A stretch of 64,000 nucleotides of DNA, taken from NCBI GenBank assembly GCA_036560705.1, contig DATBQR010000010.1, positions 13,563 through 77,562 on the forward strand, given 5' to 3'. The notes beneath the pieces are model-generated. The model was not told the origin of the DNA. It was given only the letters and a program-made list of their open reading frames with translations, and ran no database searches. Source of the stretch: Burkholderiales bacterium (GTDB lineage Bacteria > Pseudomonadota > Gammaproteobacteria > Burkholderiales > SG8-39). Both the position numbers and the translations under genes were made by a program. The stretch's first letter is position 1, and every line of letters begins with the position of its first letter. Below, one piece after another: positions 56,213 to 64,000 of the stretch.

Positions 56213-57793
56213 TCAGGGATTCCCTATGAGATCGGCGGCTTTCTCGGCGATGGCGATTACCGCGGCGTTGGTATTGCCCGAGACCACCGCCGGCATGACG
56301 GAGGCGTCGACAACGCGCAGGCCCTGGATGCCGCGCAGGCGCAACCGCGAATCCACCACGGAGCGCTCGTCGGTGCCCATGCGGCAGGTGGAGGTGGGAT
56401 GGAACACGCTCTCGCCGGACCGGCGCAGTACCTCGAGCAGCTCCTCGTCCGTCTGCACCCCGGCGCCGGGATGCTCCTCCTTCACGATGTAGCCCGAGAG
56501 CGGCGCCGCATGCGCGATGCGGCGCGCGATCTTCAGGCCTTCCACCATCACCCGCCGGTCGTTTTCCGTGGCGAGGTAGTTGTAGCGGATCGCCGGCGCC
56601 GCGCGCGGGTCGGCGGACTTGATGCGCACCGAACCGCGCGACTCCACCTGCAGCTGCGATACCGAGATCGTGAAGCCCGACCAGGGATGCAGCAGGCCGC
56701 CGCGCTTGGCGGTCGAGAAATTGATGAAGTACAGCTGCGCGTCCGGGCGCTTGAGTTCCGGCCGCGTGCGCACGAAGGCCGCGGCATGGCCGGCGCTGAC
56801 GGTGAGCGGCCCGCGCTTGAAGAGGAAGTAGTCGAGCCCGATCTTCGCCTGCCGGAACAGGCTCGCCATGTCGTCGTTCAGCGTGATGGGTTTGTTGGCG
56901 CGCCAGAACGTGCGGCAGTAGAAATGGTCCTGCAGGCCCTCGCCCACCTCGGGCGCATCCAGCACCACCGGGATGCCGTGCTCTTCCAGCAGCGCCCGTG
57001 GCCCGACGCCCGAGAGCTGCAGCAGCTGCGGCGAATTGAACGAGCCGCCGCAGAGCAGGACTTCGCGGCTCGCCCTGGCTTGCAGCGTTTTTTCGCCTTT
57101 CGTGTATTCGACGGCAAATGCTTTTCGATCGGAAAATAAAATCTTCCTGGCAAGGGCCTCTGTCTCCACCCGCAGATTCGGCCGGCCTTCCGCCGGGCGC
57201 AGGTATTCGACCGCGGTGCTGCTGCGCCGGCCGTTCCGCATGGTGGCCTGGTAGTAGCCGGTGCCTTCCTGCTGTTCGCCGTTGAAGTCCCCGTTCGGCG
57301 GAATGCCGAGCGTCTGCGCCGAGGCGATGAAGGCGTCGCAGAGCTCGTGTCGCTCCAGGTCGGACACGGCGAGCGGGCCGCCGGCGCCGTGCAACGCGCT
57401 CGCGCCGCGGCTCTGGTGCTGCGCCTTCTTGAAATACGGCAGCAGTTCCACGTGCGACCAGCCGGGCACCTCCCAGGCGTCGAAATCCTCGGGCTGGCCG
57501 CGGATGTAGACCAGGCCGTTGATCGAGGAGGAGCCGCCGAGCACTTTGCCGCGCGGGCTGAAGATGCGCCGGCCGTTCAGCTGCGGCTCGGGCTCCGAAT
57601 CGTAGGCCCAGTTGACGTCGCGGCGGGCGAACAGCCTGCCGTAGCCGAGCGGGATGTGGATCCAGGGATCGGTGTCGCGCGGCCCCGCTTCCAGCAGCAG
57701 CACGCGCACCGCGGGATCCGCCGACAGGCGGTTGGCCAGCACGCAGCCCGCCGAGCCCGCGCCGACGATGATGTAGTCGTATTCCCCTCCCAC
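56213..57793 (-). CDS. GMC family oxidoreductase (choline/alcohol dehydrogenase-like)
   Basis: 526 aa from GTG 57793, giving N-terminus GGEYDYIIVGAGSAGCVLANRLS. GMC signatures (GGSSSINGLVY, C-terminal HPTSTCRMG). Track ORF 56213..58840 over-extends. Confidence 0.88.
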   Translation of the reverse strand: MGGEYDYIIVGAGSAGCVLANRLSADPAVRVLLLEAGPRDTDPWIHIPLGYGRLFARRDVNWAYDSEPEPQLNGRRIFSPRGKVLGGSSSINGLVYIRGQPEDFDAWEVPGWSHVELLPYFKKAQHQSRGASALHGAGGPLAVSDLERHELCDAFIASAQTLGIPPNGDFNGEQQEGTGYYQATMRNGRRSSTAVEYLRPAEGRPNLRVETEALARKILFSDRKAFAVEYTKGEKTLQARASREVLLCGGSFNSPQLLQLSGVGPRALLEEHGIPVVLDAPEVGEGLQDHFYCRTFWRANKPITLNDDMASLFRQAKIGLDYFLFKRGPLTVSAGHAAAFVRTRPELKRPDAQLYFINFSTAKRGGLLHPWSGFTISVSQLQVESRGSVRIKSADPRAAPAIRYNYLATENDRRVMVEGLKIARRIAHAAPLSGYIVKEEHPGAGVQTDEELLEVLRRSGESVFHPTSTCRMGTDERSVVDSRLRLRGIQGLRVVDASVMPAVVSGNTNAAVIAIAEKAADLIGNP

Positions 57794-57801
57794 GGCGAAG
57801 C

Positions 57802-58557
57802 TCAGCGCGGGGTGGAAATGTGCATGCCGCCGTCGACGAAGAGGGTTTCGCCGGTAGTCTGGCGCGCGCCCTCGATCAGCCAGACGATGGTGTCGGCGAT
57901 GTCCTCGGGACGCGCGTAATCCTTGAGCGGCACCAGGGTCGAGTAGTGCGCCGCCGCCTGCTTCGCGCGCTCGTCGCCCAGCGCGCCGGTCTGCCAGGGC
58001 GTATCCACGTAGCCCGGCAGGACCGCGTTGACGCGCACCTCGGGCCCGAGTACGCGCGCGAGCGACTTGGTCATCGAATTGAGCGCGGCCTTGGAAGCCG
58101 CGTAGGCGATCGACGAGCCGGTGCCGAGCAGCGACGCCACCGAGGAGACGTTGACCACCGCGCCCTTGCCCGCCTTCAGCGCCGCCGCGCAGGCACGCAC
58201 CATCTGGAACGGCCCGACCACGTTCAGGCGGTAGATGCGCAGGAAATCGTCGGCCGAGAGGCCGTCCAGGTCGGCGTGCTTGACGAACTTGGTGGTGCCG
58301 GCGTTGTTCACCAGCGCGTCGATGCGCCCCCATTTGTCCAGCGCCGCCTTGACGAGCTTCCCGCACTCGGCATCGTCGCCGACGTCGGCTTGCACGACGA
58401 TGGCATCCTTGCACTTGGCGGCGACTTTCTTCGCCTCCGCCTCGCTTTTCGAATAGTTGATGACGACATTCCAGCCGCGCCCGGACAGGTTTATCGCGGT
58501 TGCGGCGCCGATGCCCGATGCAGACCCGGTAACGATTGCGACTTTTTTCTTGTCCAT
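57802..58557 (-). CDS. SDR family oxidoreductase
   Basis: 251 aa. TGSASGIG, NNAG and YAASKAAL motifs. Confidence 0.88.
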   Translation of the reverse strand: MDKKKVAIVTGSASGIGAATAINLSGRGWNVVINYSKSEAEAKKVAAKCKDAIVVQADVGDDAECGKLVKAALDKWGRIDALVNNAGTTKFVKHADLDGLSADDFLRIYRLNVVGPFQMVRACAAALKAGKGAVVNVSSVASLLGTGSSIAYAASKAALNSMTKSLARVLGPEVRVNAVLPGYVDTPWQTGALGDERAKQAAAHYSTLVPLKDYARPEDIADTIVWLIEGARQTTGETLFVDGGMHISTPR

Positions 58558-58563
58558 TTTTTC

Positions 58564-59607
58564 CTAAACCGTGGCGATTGGGGTGGCCGGCGACCCCACC
58601 GCGCCCGGCAGCCGGAGCGGCGGGGCGGTAAGGAGGAAACGGTTGCGCATGTGCTCGCGCAGCCATTTCGCAAGCGGGGTGAAATACCACAGCTCGCCCA
58701 GATGGATGCCGTTCTTGAACAGGCAGTGCTCGTGCAGCGGCAGCATGGCGTGCGAGGTCGGCTTGAACGGCGTGGTGGAGAACAGCTCCACCGCGTAATT
58801 GTCGGCGGCGAGCACCGACAGGCCCGAGTCGGACACCCACTTGAGCAGCTTCTCGTCGCGCCCGTCCAGGCCGGTGCAGGTGTTGTGCAGCAGCTCGGGT
58901 GTCGGGTTCTTCTTCAGCTCGAGCAGCATCTCGGCGAAGCCGGTGTGCAGGCAGACGATGTCGCCGCGCTCGATTTCCACTTTGTCTTTTTCAATGATCC
59001 TGCTTAAATCGTCGTAACCGACCGCGTGGCGCTTCCTGCCGAAGTGGGCGTGCAGGTCGATCATCACGCCGCGCCCCTGCGCGCCGTGCTCGGCGAGGTT
59101 CTGGATGCCGAGCGCCTCGGCGCGGCTGCCTTCGAAGCGGGCCCAGGATTCGGCATTGGAATTTTCTTTTGCGGGGATGACATCAACCCCCGCGCGGAAT
59201 CCATTGTAAAAAACCGCCTCCGGTGTGCCGTCGCCGTCGGCGTCGAACAGGCTGCCGACGTGCGCGAAGGAATCCCACTGGGTCGAATACTGCAGCGTGA
59301 GCAGCACCAGGTCGTCGCAGACGACGTCGGTCTGCATCGGGTTGTTCTGCGACACGGCGTAGCAGAAGTTCTGCTTGCCGTCGCGGTGCGTGGCGGCGAT
59401 GCGCGGCGGATGGCGCCGCGGGTTGAGCCCGTTGCCGCCCGGGTAGTCGAGCGGCAGCGACAGCACGAAGGTGAGGCCCTCCTTCACTTCGGCCACGCCC
59501 TGCAGCACCTTTTCGCGCGTGACGTAATTCATCCGCCCGCGCTGGTCGTCGGGGCCGAACTCACCCCAGTTGGAGTTGGGGGGCTTTTGTTTCCATCTGG
59601 GGTTCAC
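58564..59607 (-). CDS. cyclase-family (kynurenine formamidase fold) protein, variant metal motif
   Basis: 347 aa from GTG 59607; the conserved NWGEFGPDDQRG lies upstream of the first ATG. The canonical HxGTHxDxPxH is replaced by YSTQWDSFAH. Confidence 0.72.
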   Translation of the reverse strand: MNPRWKQKPPNSNWGEFGPDDQRGRMNYVTREKVLQGVAEVKEGLTFVLSLPLDYPGGNGLNPRRHPPRIAATHRDGKQNFCYAVSQNNPMQTDVVCDDLVLLTLQYSTQWDSFAHVGSLFDADGDGTPEAVFYNGFRAGVDVIPAKENSNAESWARFEGSRAEALGIQNLAEHGAQGRGVMIDLHAHFGRKRHAVGYDDLSRIIEKDKVEIERGDIVCLHTGFAEMLLELKKNPTPELLHNTCTGLDGRDEKLLKWVSDSGLSVLAADNYAVELFSTTPFKPTSHAMLPLHEHCLFKNGIHLGELWYFTPLAKWLREHMRNRFLLTAPPLRLPGAVGSPATPIATV

Positions 59608-60062
59608 TAGAAGTAATGCCTTCCAATCGATTCGGCAACACACACGGGTTTGTCTCCGCCTTCGCGCTCGATGCTCACGTTCCAAGTCACTTGCACGCCA
59701 CCATCGAGCTTTTCGTATTTCGCCAGCGTGAAGCGGCCGCGGATCTTCGCGCCCGCCGGCACCGGCGCGGTGAAGCGCACCTTGTTGAGGCCGTAGTTGA
59801 CGCCCATCTTGCGGTCGGAGAATTCGAAGGTGGATTCGGAAAGCTTGGGCAGCATCGACAGCGTGAGGAAGCCGTGCGCGATGGTGCCGCCGAACGGCGA
59901 TTGCTTCGCGCGCTCCTGGTCGACGTGGATCCACTGGAAATCCTCGGTCGCCCTGGCGAACAAGTCGATCCGCTCCTGGAGGATTTCCACCCAGGGCGAG
60001 ACGCCGACCTCCTCGCCGATGCGCGACTCGAGCTCCCTGAGCTTGATTGCCGTCTTAGCCAT
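59607..60062 (-). CDS. MaoC-like (R)-specific enoyl-CoA hydratase
   Basis: 151 aa. IHVDQERAKQSPFGGTIAHG hydratase-2 motif. Confidence 0.85.
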   Translation of the reverse strand: MAKTAIKLRELESRIGEEVGVSPWVEILQERIDLFARATEDFQWIHVDQERAKQSPFGGTIAHGFLTLSMLPKLSESTFEFSDRKMGVNYGLNKVRFTAPVPAGAKIRGRFTLAKYEKLDGGVQVTWNVSIEREGGDKPVCVAESIGRHYF

Positions 60063-60951
60063 GCTTCTCCCCTGCGAATTTCTCGATTTCAGCGCACACC
60101 AGGTCCGGCCTCTCGTGCACGATCCAGTGCGTGGCGCCGGGCGCCCGCACGATTTTCAGGTGGGGTACGCACAGGCCGAGCCCGTCGAGCAGGCCGGGCA
60201 GCAGCGCGGTATCGCGCTCGCCCCAGATCACCAGCGTCGGCACGCGCACCATGAAATCCTTCAGCTCGAGCTTCAGTTTCATGGCGCCCGGGTCGCCCGC
60301 CGTCGGCGGATAGAGCGGCGAGGCGCGGTAGTAGTTCAGGCCGCCGGTCAGCGCGCCGGGCTGCGACCAGGCCGCCACCAGCTCCGCCTGCCAGGCTTCG
60401 CCGAGTTTCGTGAACGCGGAAAGCAGCCGCGCGTAGCCGTTCTCAGAGAGGACGCGCTCGGCCTTGGGCAGGCGGAACACGTTCATGTATTCGCTCGCCT
60501 TCTGCTGCGCCGGGTTGTTCGTCAGATCGCGCCAGAAGAGGTAGGGATGCGGCGAATTGATCATCACCAGGCGCTCCAGCCGGTCCGGGTGGCCGATCGC
60601 CACGCCCCAGGCGACGGCGCCGCCCCAGTCGTGCGCCACCAGGACGAATTTGCCGCCGGGGCTTCCCTTGCCGAAATGCGTGCCCAGCGCCAGCACGTCG
60701 GCGATCAGGTACTTGGCCTTGTAGGCGTCGACGCCCTCGGGCTTGTCGGAGAGGTTATAGCCGCGCAGGTCGGGCGCCACGCACAGCCAGCCGCGCGCCG
60801 AGAAGTAGGCCATCGGATAGCGCCAGGCGCCCCAGAATTCCGGGAAGCCGTGCAGGAACAGCATCAGAGGATCGCCCGCCTTTCCAGCGACCGCGCAATG
60901 CAGCTTCACGCCGACCGAGTCGACGTATTCGTGCCGGACCTCGAGTTTCAC
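60055..60951 (-). CDS. alpha/beta hydrolase, epoxide-hydrolase-like
   Basis: 298 aa. LFLHGFPEFWGAW and VAHDWGG (Asp nucleophile). Confidence 0.85.
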   Translation of the reverse strand: MKLEVRHEYVDSVGVKLHCAVAGKAGDPLMLFLHGFPEFWGAWRYPMAYFSARGWLCVAPDLRGYNLSDKPEGVDAYKAKYLIADVLALGTHFGKGSPGGKFVLVAHDWGGAVAWGVAIGHPDRLERLVMINSPHPYLFWRDLTNNPAQQKASEYMNVFRLPKAERVLSENGYARLLSAFTKLGEAWQAELVAAWSQPGALTGGLNYYRASPLYPPTAGDPGAMKLKLELKDFMVRVPTLVIWGERDTALLPGLLDGLGLCVPHLKIVRAPGATHWIVHERPDLVCAEIEKFAGEKHG

Positions 60952-61247
60952 TAATCGTCGTCCTTGTCCCTGGTTGACTTGACGGGGGCCGGTTTCGCCT
61001 CGCCCCGGCGCGCCGCTCCTTCCTTGAGCTTGGCCAGCGCATCAGGCTTGGCGACCACTTCGGGCCGGGCCGGAATGACTTCAACTTTGGGCGCGCGGCG
61101 CTCGGCCGCGGGGTCGCCGTACCAGGGCGGCGGATAGCTGGAGAACTTGACCGAGCCGGTTTCCGGATCGATCCAGCGGTACAGGTCCGCAGCCGCGGGC
61201 GCGGCATGCAAAAGCAGAAGCACGGCGACCGCGAGGACGGTCCGCAT
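60951..61247 (-). CDS. DUF4124-like secreted protein
   Basis: 98 aa from ATG 61247. Signal peptide, then DLYRWIDPETGSVKFSSYPPP. Confidence 0.65.
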   Translation of the reverse strand: MRTVLAVAVLLLLHAAPAAADLYRWIDPETGSVKFSSYPPPWYGDPAAERRAPKVEVIPARPEVVAKPDALAKLKEGAARRGEAKPAPVKSTRDKDDD

Positions 61248-61852
61248 CACGGCTCCTTCGCGAGGCACTCGCGCACGCCCCCGGCGATCGCGCCGGCGAT
61301 CCTGCGGCGTACTTCCGGGTCGCGCATTCTGCCGTCCTCATCTCGATTCACGATCACGCCCGCCTCCACCAGCACGGCTGCCATTTTCGCTGTGTGCGCC
61401 ACCGCCAGGTTGTCATAGTAGTGCACCCCGTTCGCTTCGTCGGCAAAGGGCCGCGATTCGCCCAGCACCGGGTCGGCATGGTAGCGCGACGGCACGAAGC
61501 CGGCGCCACGCAGATTGACGCCGATCGCGATCGCGCAGGCAAGGCTCTTTTTCACATCAGGGTTGCGCCTGGAAATGAACAGGGAAAACCCGGAGAACCG
61601 GTCCGCCTGCGGCAGCAGCCGCTCCTTGACCGAATCGTGGTGGATGGATACGAACAGGTCGGCGCCTCGCGCATCGCGGGTGCGGCGGTACAGCACCGCG
61701 TAGTCGCCGCGCTCGCCGATCAGGCGGACTTGCAGCCCCGCGCCTTCCAGGTCCGCTTTCACCTCGAGCGCAAGATCGCGGTTGTATTCAAACTCCGGGC
61801 GGCCGCTCGCGGAAATCACCCCCGGCTCGGCGGCGTAGTGGCCGACGTCCAC
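61247..61852 (-). CDS. N-acetylmuramoyl-L-alanine amidase (Amidase_3) domain protein
   Basis: 201 aa from GTG 61852. VDVGHY..., ADLFVSIHHDS and VLVEAG.I.N blocks. No signal peptide at this start. Confidence 0.7.
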   Translation of the reverse strand: MDVGHYAAEPGVISASGRPEFEYNRDLALEVKADLEGAGLQVRLIGERGDYAVLYRRTRDARGADLFVSIHHDSVKERLLPQADRFSGFSLFISRRNPDVKKSLACAIAIGVNLRGAGFVPSRYHADPVLGESRPFADEANGVHYYDNLAVAHTAKMAAVLVEAGVIVNRDEDGRMRDPEVRRRIAGAIAGGVRECLAKEP

Positions 61853-61877
61853 CGCGACCAGTGCCGCGACCAGCGCG

Positions 61878-62642
61878 CTAGAAACGCGAGAAGTCAGGCT
61901 TGCGCTTCTCGAAGAACGCGGTCATCGCCTCTTTCGCCTCGCCCGAGCCCAGCCGCTCGGCGAAGATGCGGCTCTCTTCCTCCATCTGCGCCGAGACCGC
62001 CTGGCCGTGCTGGCGCTTCATCAGCTGCTTGGTGAGGCGCACCGAGGCCGGCGGCAGCGCGGCGATGGCGGCCGCCGCCCGGCGCGCGTGCTCGAGCAAT
62101 TTATCCTCGGGCACGATTTCGGTGACGAATCCGGCGGCGAGCGCCTTTTCCGCCGTGAACGGCTGCCCCAGCATGAGGAGTTCGGCGGCGCGCTGGTAGC
62201 CCGCGATCATCGGCAGCAGGAGGCTCGATGCGGCTTCCGGCACGAGGCCGAGGGGCACGAAGGGCATCTGGAAACGCGCATTGGGAGACGCATACACCAG
62301 GTCGCAATGCAGCAGCATCGTCGTGCCGACGCCGACCGCCGGACCGCCGACGGCGGCGACGAGGGGCTTCGCCACCTTCGGCAGACCGCTGATGAAGTCG
62401 AAGGAGGCCGCCGGCCCCGTATGCGGCGGGCGGTCGAGAAAGTCCTTCAGGTCGTTGCCGGCGGTGAAGCAGTCCTTGGTGCCGTGGATCAGGATCGCGC
62501 GCACCTGCGCGTCGGCGTCGGCGGCAACCAATGCCTGCGACATTGCGCGGTACATGTCCTGCGTGAGCGCGTTCTTCTTGTCGGTGCGGGCAATCTCGAT
62601 GCGCAGCACACGGTCCCTGGTTTCGGTGATGATGTGGCTCAT
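61878..62642 (-). CDS. enoyl-CoA hydratase/isomerase family protein
   Basis: 254 aa. IARTDKKNAL, FTAGNDL and AAVGGPAVGVGTT crotonase blocks. The first catalytic Glu position reads Phe (MPFVPLG), i.e. isomerase-like. Confidence 0.85.
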   Translation of the reverse strand: MSHIITETRDRVLRIEIARTDKKNALTQDMYRAMSQALVAADADAQVRAILIHGTKDCFTAGNDLKDFLDRPPHTGPAASFDFISGLPKVAKPLVAAVGGPAVGVGTTMLLHCDLVYASPNARFQMPFVPLGLVPEAASSLLLPMIAGYQRAAELLMLGQPFTAEKALAAGFVTEIVPEDKLLEHARRAAAAIAALPPASVRLTKQLMKRQHGQAVSAQMEEESRIFAERLGSGEAKEAMTAFFEKRKPDFSRF

Positions 62643-63757
62643 TGGGTGCTCTTAAGGGTGCGGTTGCGGCCGGCCTTCTTGGCCTGGTAGAGCGCCTGGT
62701 CGGCGCGTTGCAGAAGCTGTTCGGCGGAATCTCCCTTGCGGAATCCGGCGACGCCGGCCGACATCGTCACGCGCGCGTCGGGCGCGATGCTGCGCCAGTC
62801 GTGCGCCGCCACCGCGGCGCGGACGCGCTCGACGGCCTCCAGCGCCGCGTCCGCGTGCGCGCCGAGGAGGATCAGCAGGAATTCCTCGCCGCCGTAGCGG
62901 CCGAAGACGTCCGTCGTGCGCATCGCGTCGTGCACGGTCGCCGCGAAGGCGCGCAGCACCGCGTCGCCGGCGGCATGGCCGAAGCTGTCGTTCACCTGCT
63001 TGAAATGGTCCAGATCGATCATGGCGATGCAGAACGGCGCGCCGCTGCGCTCGGCGCGGCTGCGCTCGCGCTCCAGCGCCGTGAGGAGCGAGCGGCGGTT
63101 GAGAGAGCGAGTGAGTTCGTCCCGGCTCGCGAGACGCTGCACCTGGTCGAGCGTGTCGGCGAGCTGGCGCCGGCTCTCGGCCAGCCGCGCGCGCGTCTCG
63201 TTGGCCGCCACGCTCACCAGCAGGCAGCGGCCGAGGATCAGCGAGAAATACAGCCAGGCGAGGAAGACCTCCATGCCGCTGCCGCCCGGCGCGCCGAAGC
63301 GGTCGCCGGCCAGGTAGAAGACGATGCCGGTGCCGAATACTCCGACCGACCACACCGCCACCGCGTCGCGCAGCGTCAGCCACAGCATGCCGAAGGCGAA
63401 CACCGTGAACAGGTTGGCGAGGAACGGGAACGCCACCTGCGGCGCGGCGGCCGCCACGCCAAGCTGCAGCACGATCGCCACCATCATGAGCGGCTCGGTC
63501 AGGTTCGGGTCGCGAAAGCGCAGGTTCCAGCCCTGCGCGTAGGCGAGGTAGGCGGTGGCGCAGATCGCCGCGGCCGCCGCGCCGTAGCCGAGCGCGACCT
63601 GGAACGGGATGGTGCCCGCCGCCGCGAACAGCGCGAGGAACAGGACGTCGATGCCGTAGCTCGCCGCCGTGGAGCTGATCCAGCGGATACGCTGGCGGCG
63701 CGCCCGGTCGCGCGGGCCGCTCAGCGGCAGGTCGAGCTTCTCTCCGGCTTCCAGCAT
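62639..63757 (-). CDS. membrane-anchored GGDEF diguanylate cyclase
   Basis: 372 aa from ATG 63757 (track ORF trimmed). Five or six hydrophobic helices, then DELTRSLNRR..IDLDHFKQVND..GRYGGEEFLLIL. Confidence 0.85.
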   Translation of the reverse strand: MLEAGEKLDLPLSGPRDRARRQRIRWISSTAASYGIDVLFLALFAAAGTIPFQVALGYGAAAAAICATAYLAYAQGWNLRFRDPNLTEPLMMVAIVLQLGVAAAAPQVAFPFLANLFTVFAFGMLWLTLRDAVAVWSVGVFGTGIVFYLAGDRFGAPGGSGMEVFLAWLYFSLILGRCLLVSVAANETRARLAESRRQLADTLDQVQRLASRDELTRSLNRRSLLTALERERSRAERSGAPFCIAMIDLDHFKQVNDSFGHAAGDAVLRAFAATVHDAMRTTDVFGRYGGEEFLLILLGAHADAALEAVERVRAAVAAHDWRSIAPDARVTMSAGVAGFRKGDSAEQLLQRADQALYQAKKAGRNRTLKSTQ

Positions 63758-63774
63758 GCGCAGGCGGCCGGCGC

Positions 63775-63999
63775 TCAGCCCGGCAGCTTGTAGTCCTTCA
63801 TCTGCTGGCGCAGCGTGAGTTTCGACAGCTTGCCGGTCGCGGTATGCGGCAGCTCCGCCACGAACACCACGTCCTCCGGCATCCACCACTTGGCGATCTT
63901 GCCCTCGTAGAACTTGAGCAGCTCCGCCTTGCTCACCTCCTGCCCCGCCTTCTTCACCACCACCACGATCGGCCGTTCGTCCCATTTCGGGTGCCGCAC
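63775..63999 (-). CDS. acyl-CoA synthetase (AMP-binding enzyme C-terminal domain), 5' end outside window
   Basis: Frame is open to the window edge. ..[13 protein letters not shown]......[25 protein letters not shown] matches the C-terminal lid of fatty/medium-chain acyl-CoA ligases. Confidence 0.8.
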   Translation of the reverse strand: MRHPKWDERPIVVVVKKAGQEVSKAELLKFYEGKIAKWWMPEDVVFVAELPHTATGKLSKLTLRQQMKDYKLPG

Positions 64000-64000
64000 G

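Noticed and set aside
61878-64000. Acyl-CoA ligase > GGDEF > crotonase resembles the rpfB-rpfF (DSF fatty-acid signal synthase) neighbourhood linked to c-di-GMP signalling.
   Set aside because: The crotonase lacks the first of the two catalytic Glu residues expected for RpfF-type synthases (MPFVPLG instead of ..PE..G) and looks like an ordinary isomerase-type family member. No RpfC/RpfG/RpfR-like sensor pairing is evident. I keep it only as a remote possibility.

Overview
High-GC (by eye about two-thirds G+C), very gene-dense chromosomal segment. It looks betaproteobacterial and Burkholderiales-like: three Bug/TctC-type solute receptors, TRAP and NitT/TauT-type ABC transporters, and many CoA-dependent catabolic enzymes. 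I call 68 protein-coding genes that tile almost the whole window, many joined by 1-14 nt start/stop overlaps. I see no rRNA, tRNA, CRISPR array, transposase/integrase or phage genes, and no recognisable defence or toxin-antitoxin module.

Content, left to right:
- 1-9202, plus strand: ten-gene organic-acid cluster (PrpD-like, Bug receptor, DapA-like, SDR, LeuCD-like, CoA-transferase, TauD-like).
- 9210-11578: operon of a Hanks kinase fused to a cNMP-binding domain, tag, and a secreted orphan protein.
- 11908-18690: six-gene cluster matching the hybrid aerobic 2-aminobenzoyl-CoA (abm-type) pathway.
- 18803-30590: mixed transporters and hydrolases.
- 30675-34975: ABC transporter plus a half-size MetE-like enzyme. 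A second such paralog lies at 21638.
- 35002-41390: MarR-kynureninase-TRAP-NHL-Bug operon, divergent from a hydantoinase A/B pair at 41427-45076.
- 45088-48162: sulfatase, TPR proteins and a receiver protein.
- 48198-64000: same-strand string mixing c-di-GMP and cAMP signalling proteins with catabolic enzymes.

I cannot point to one unambiguous novel system. The best candidates are the cNMP-gated kinase/tag/secreted-protein operon, the transporter-coupled kynureninase operon with its divergent hydantoinase pair, the two folate-domain-less MetE-like enzymes, and two tightly coupled catabolic operons with no obvious described pathway. All functional calls rest on my recognition of motifs in the translations; no searches were run.
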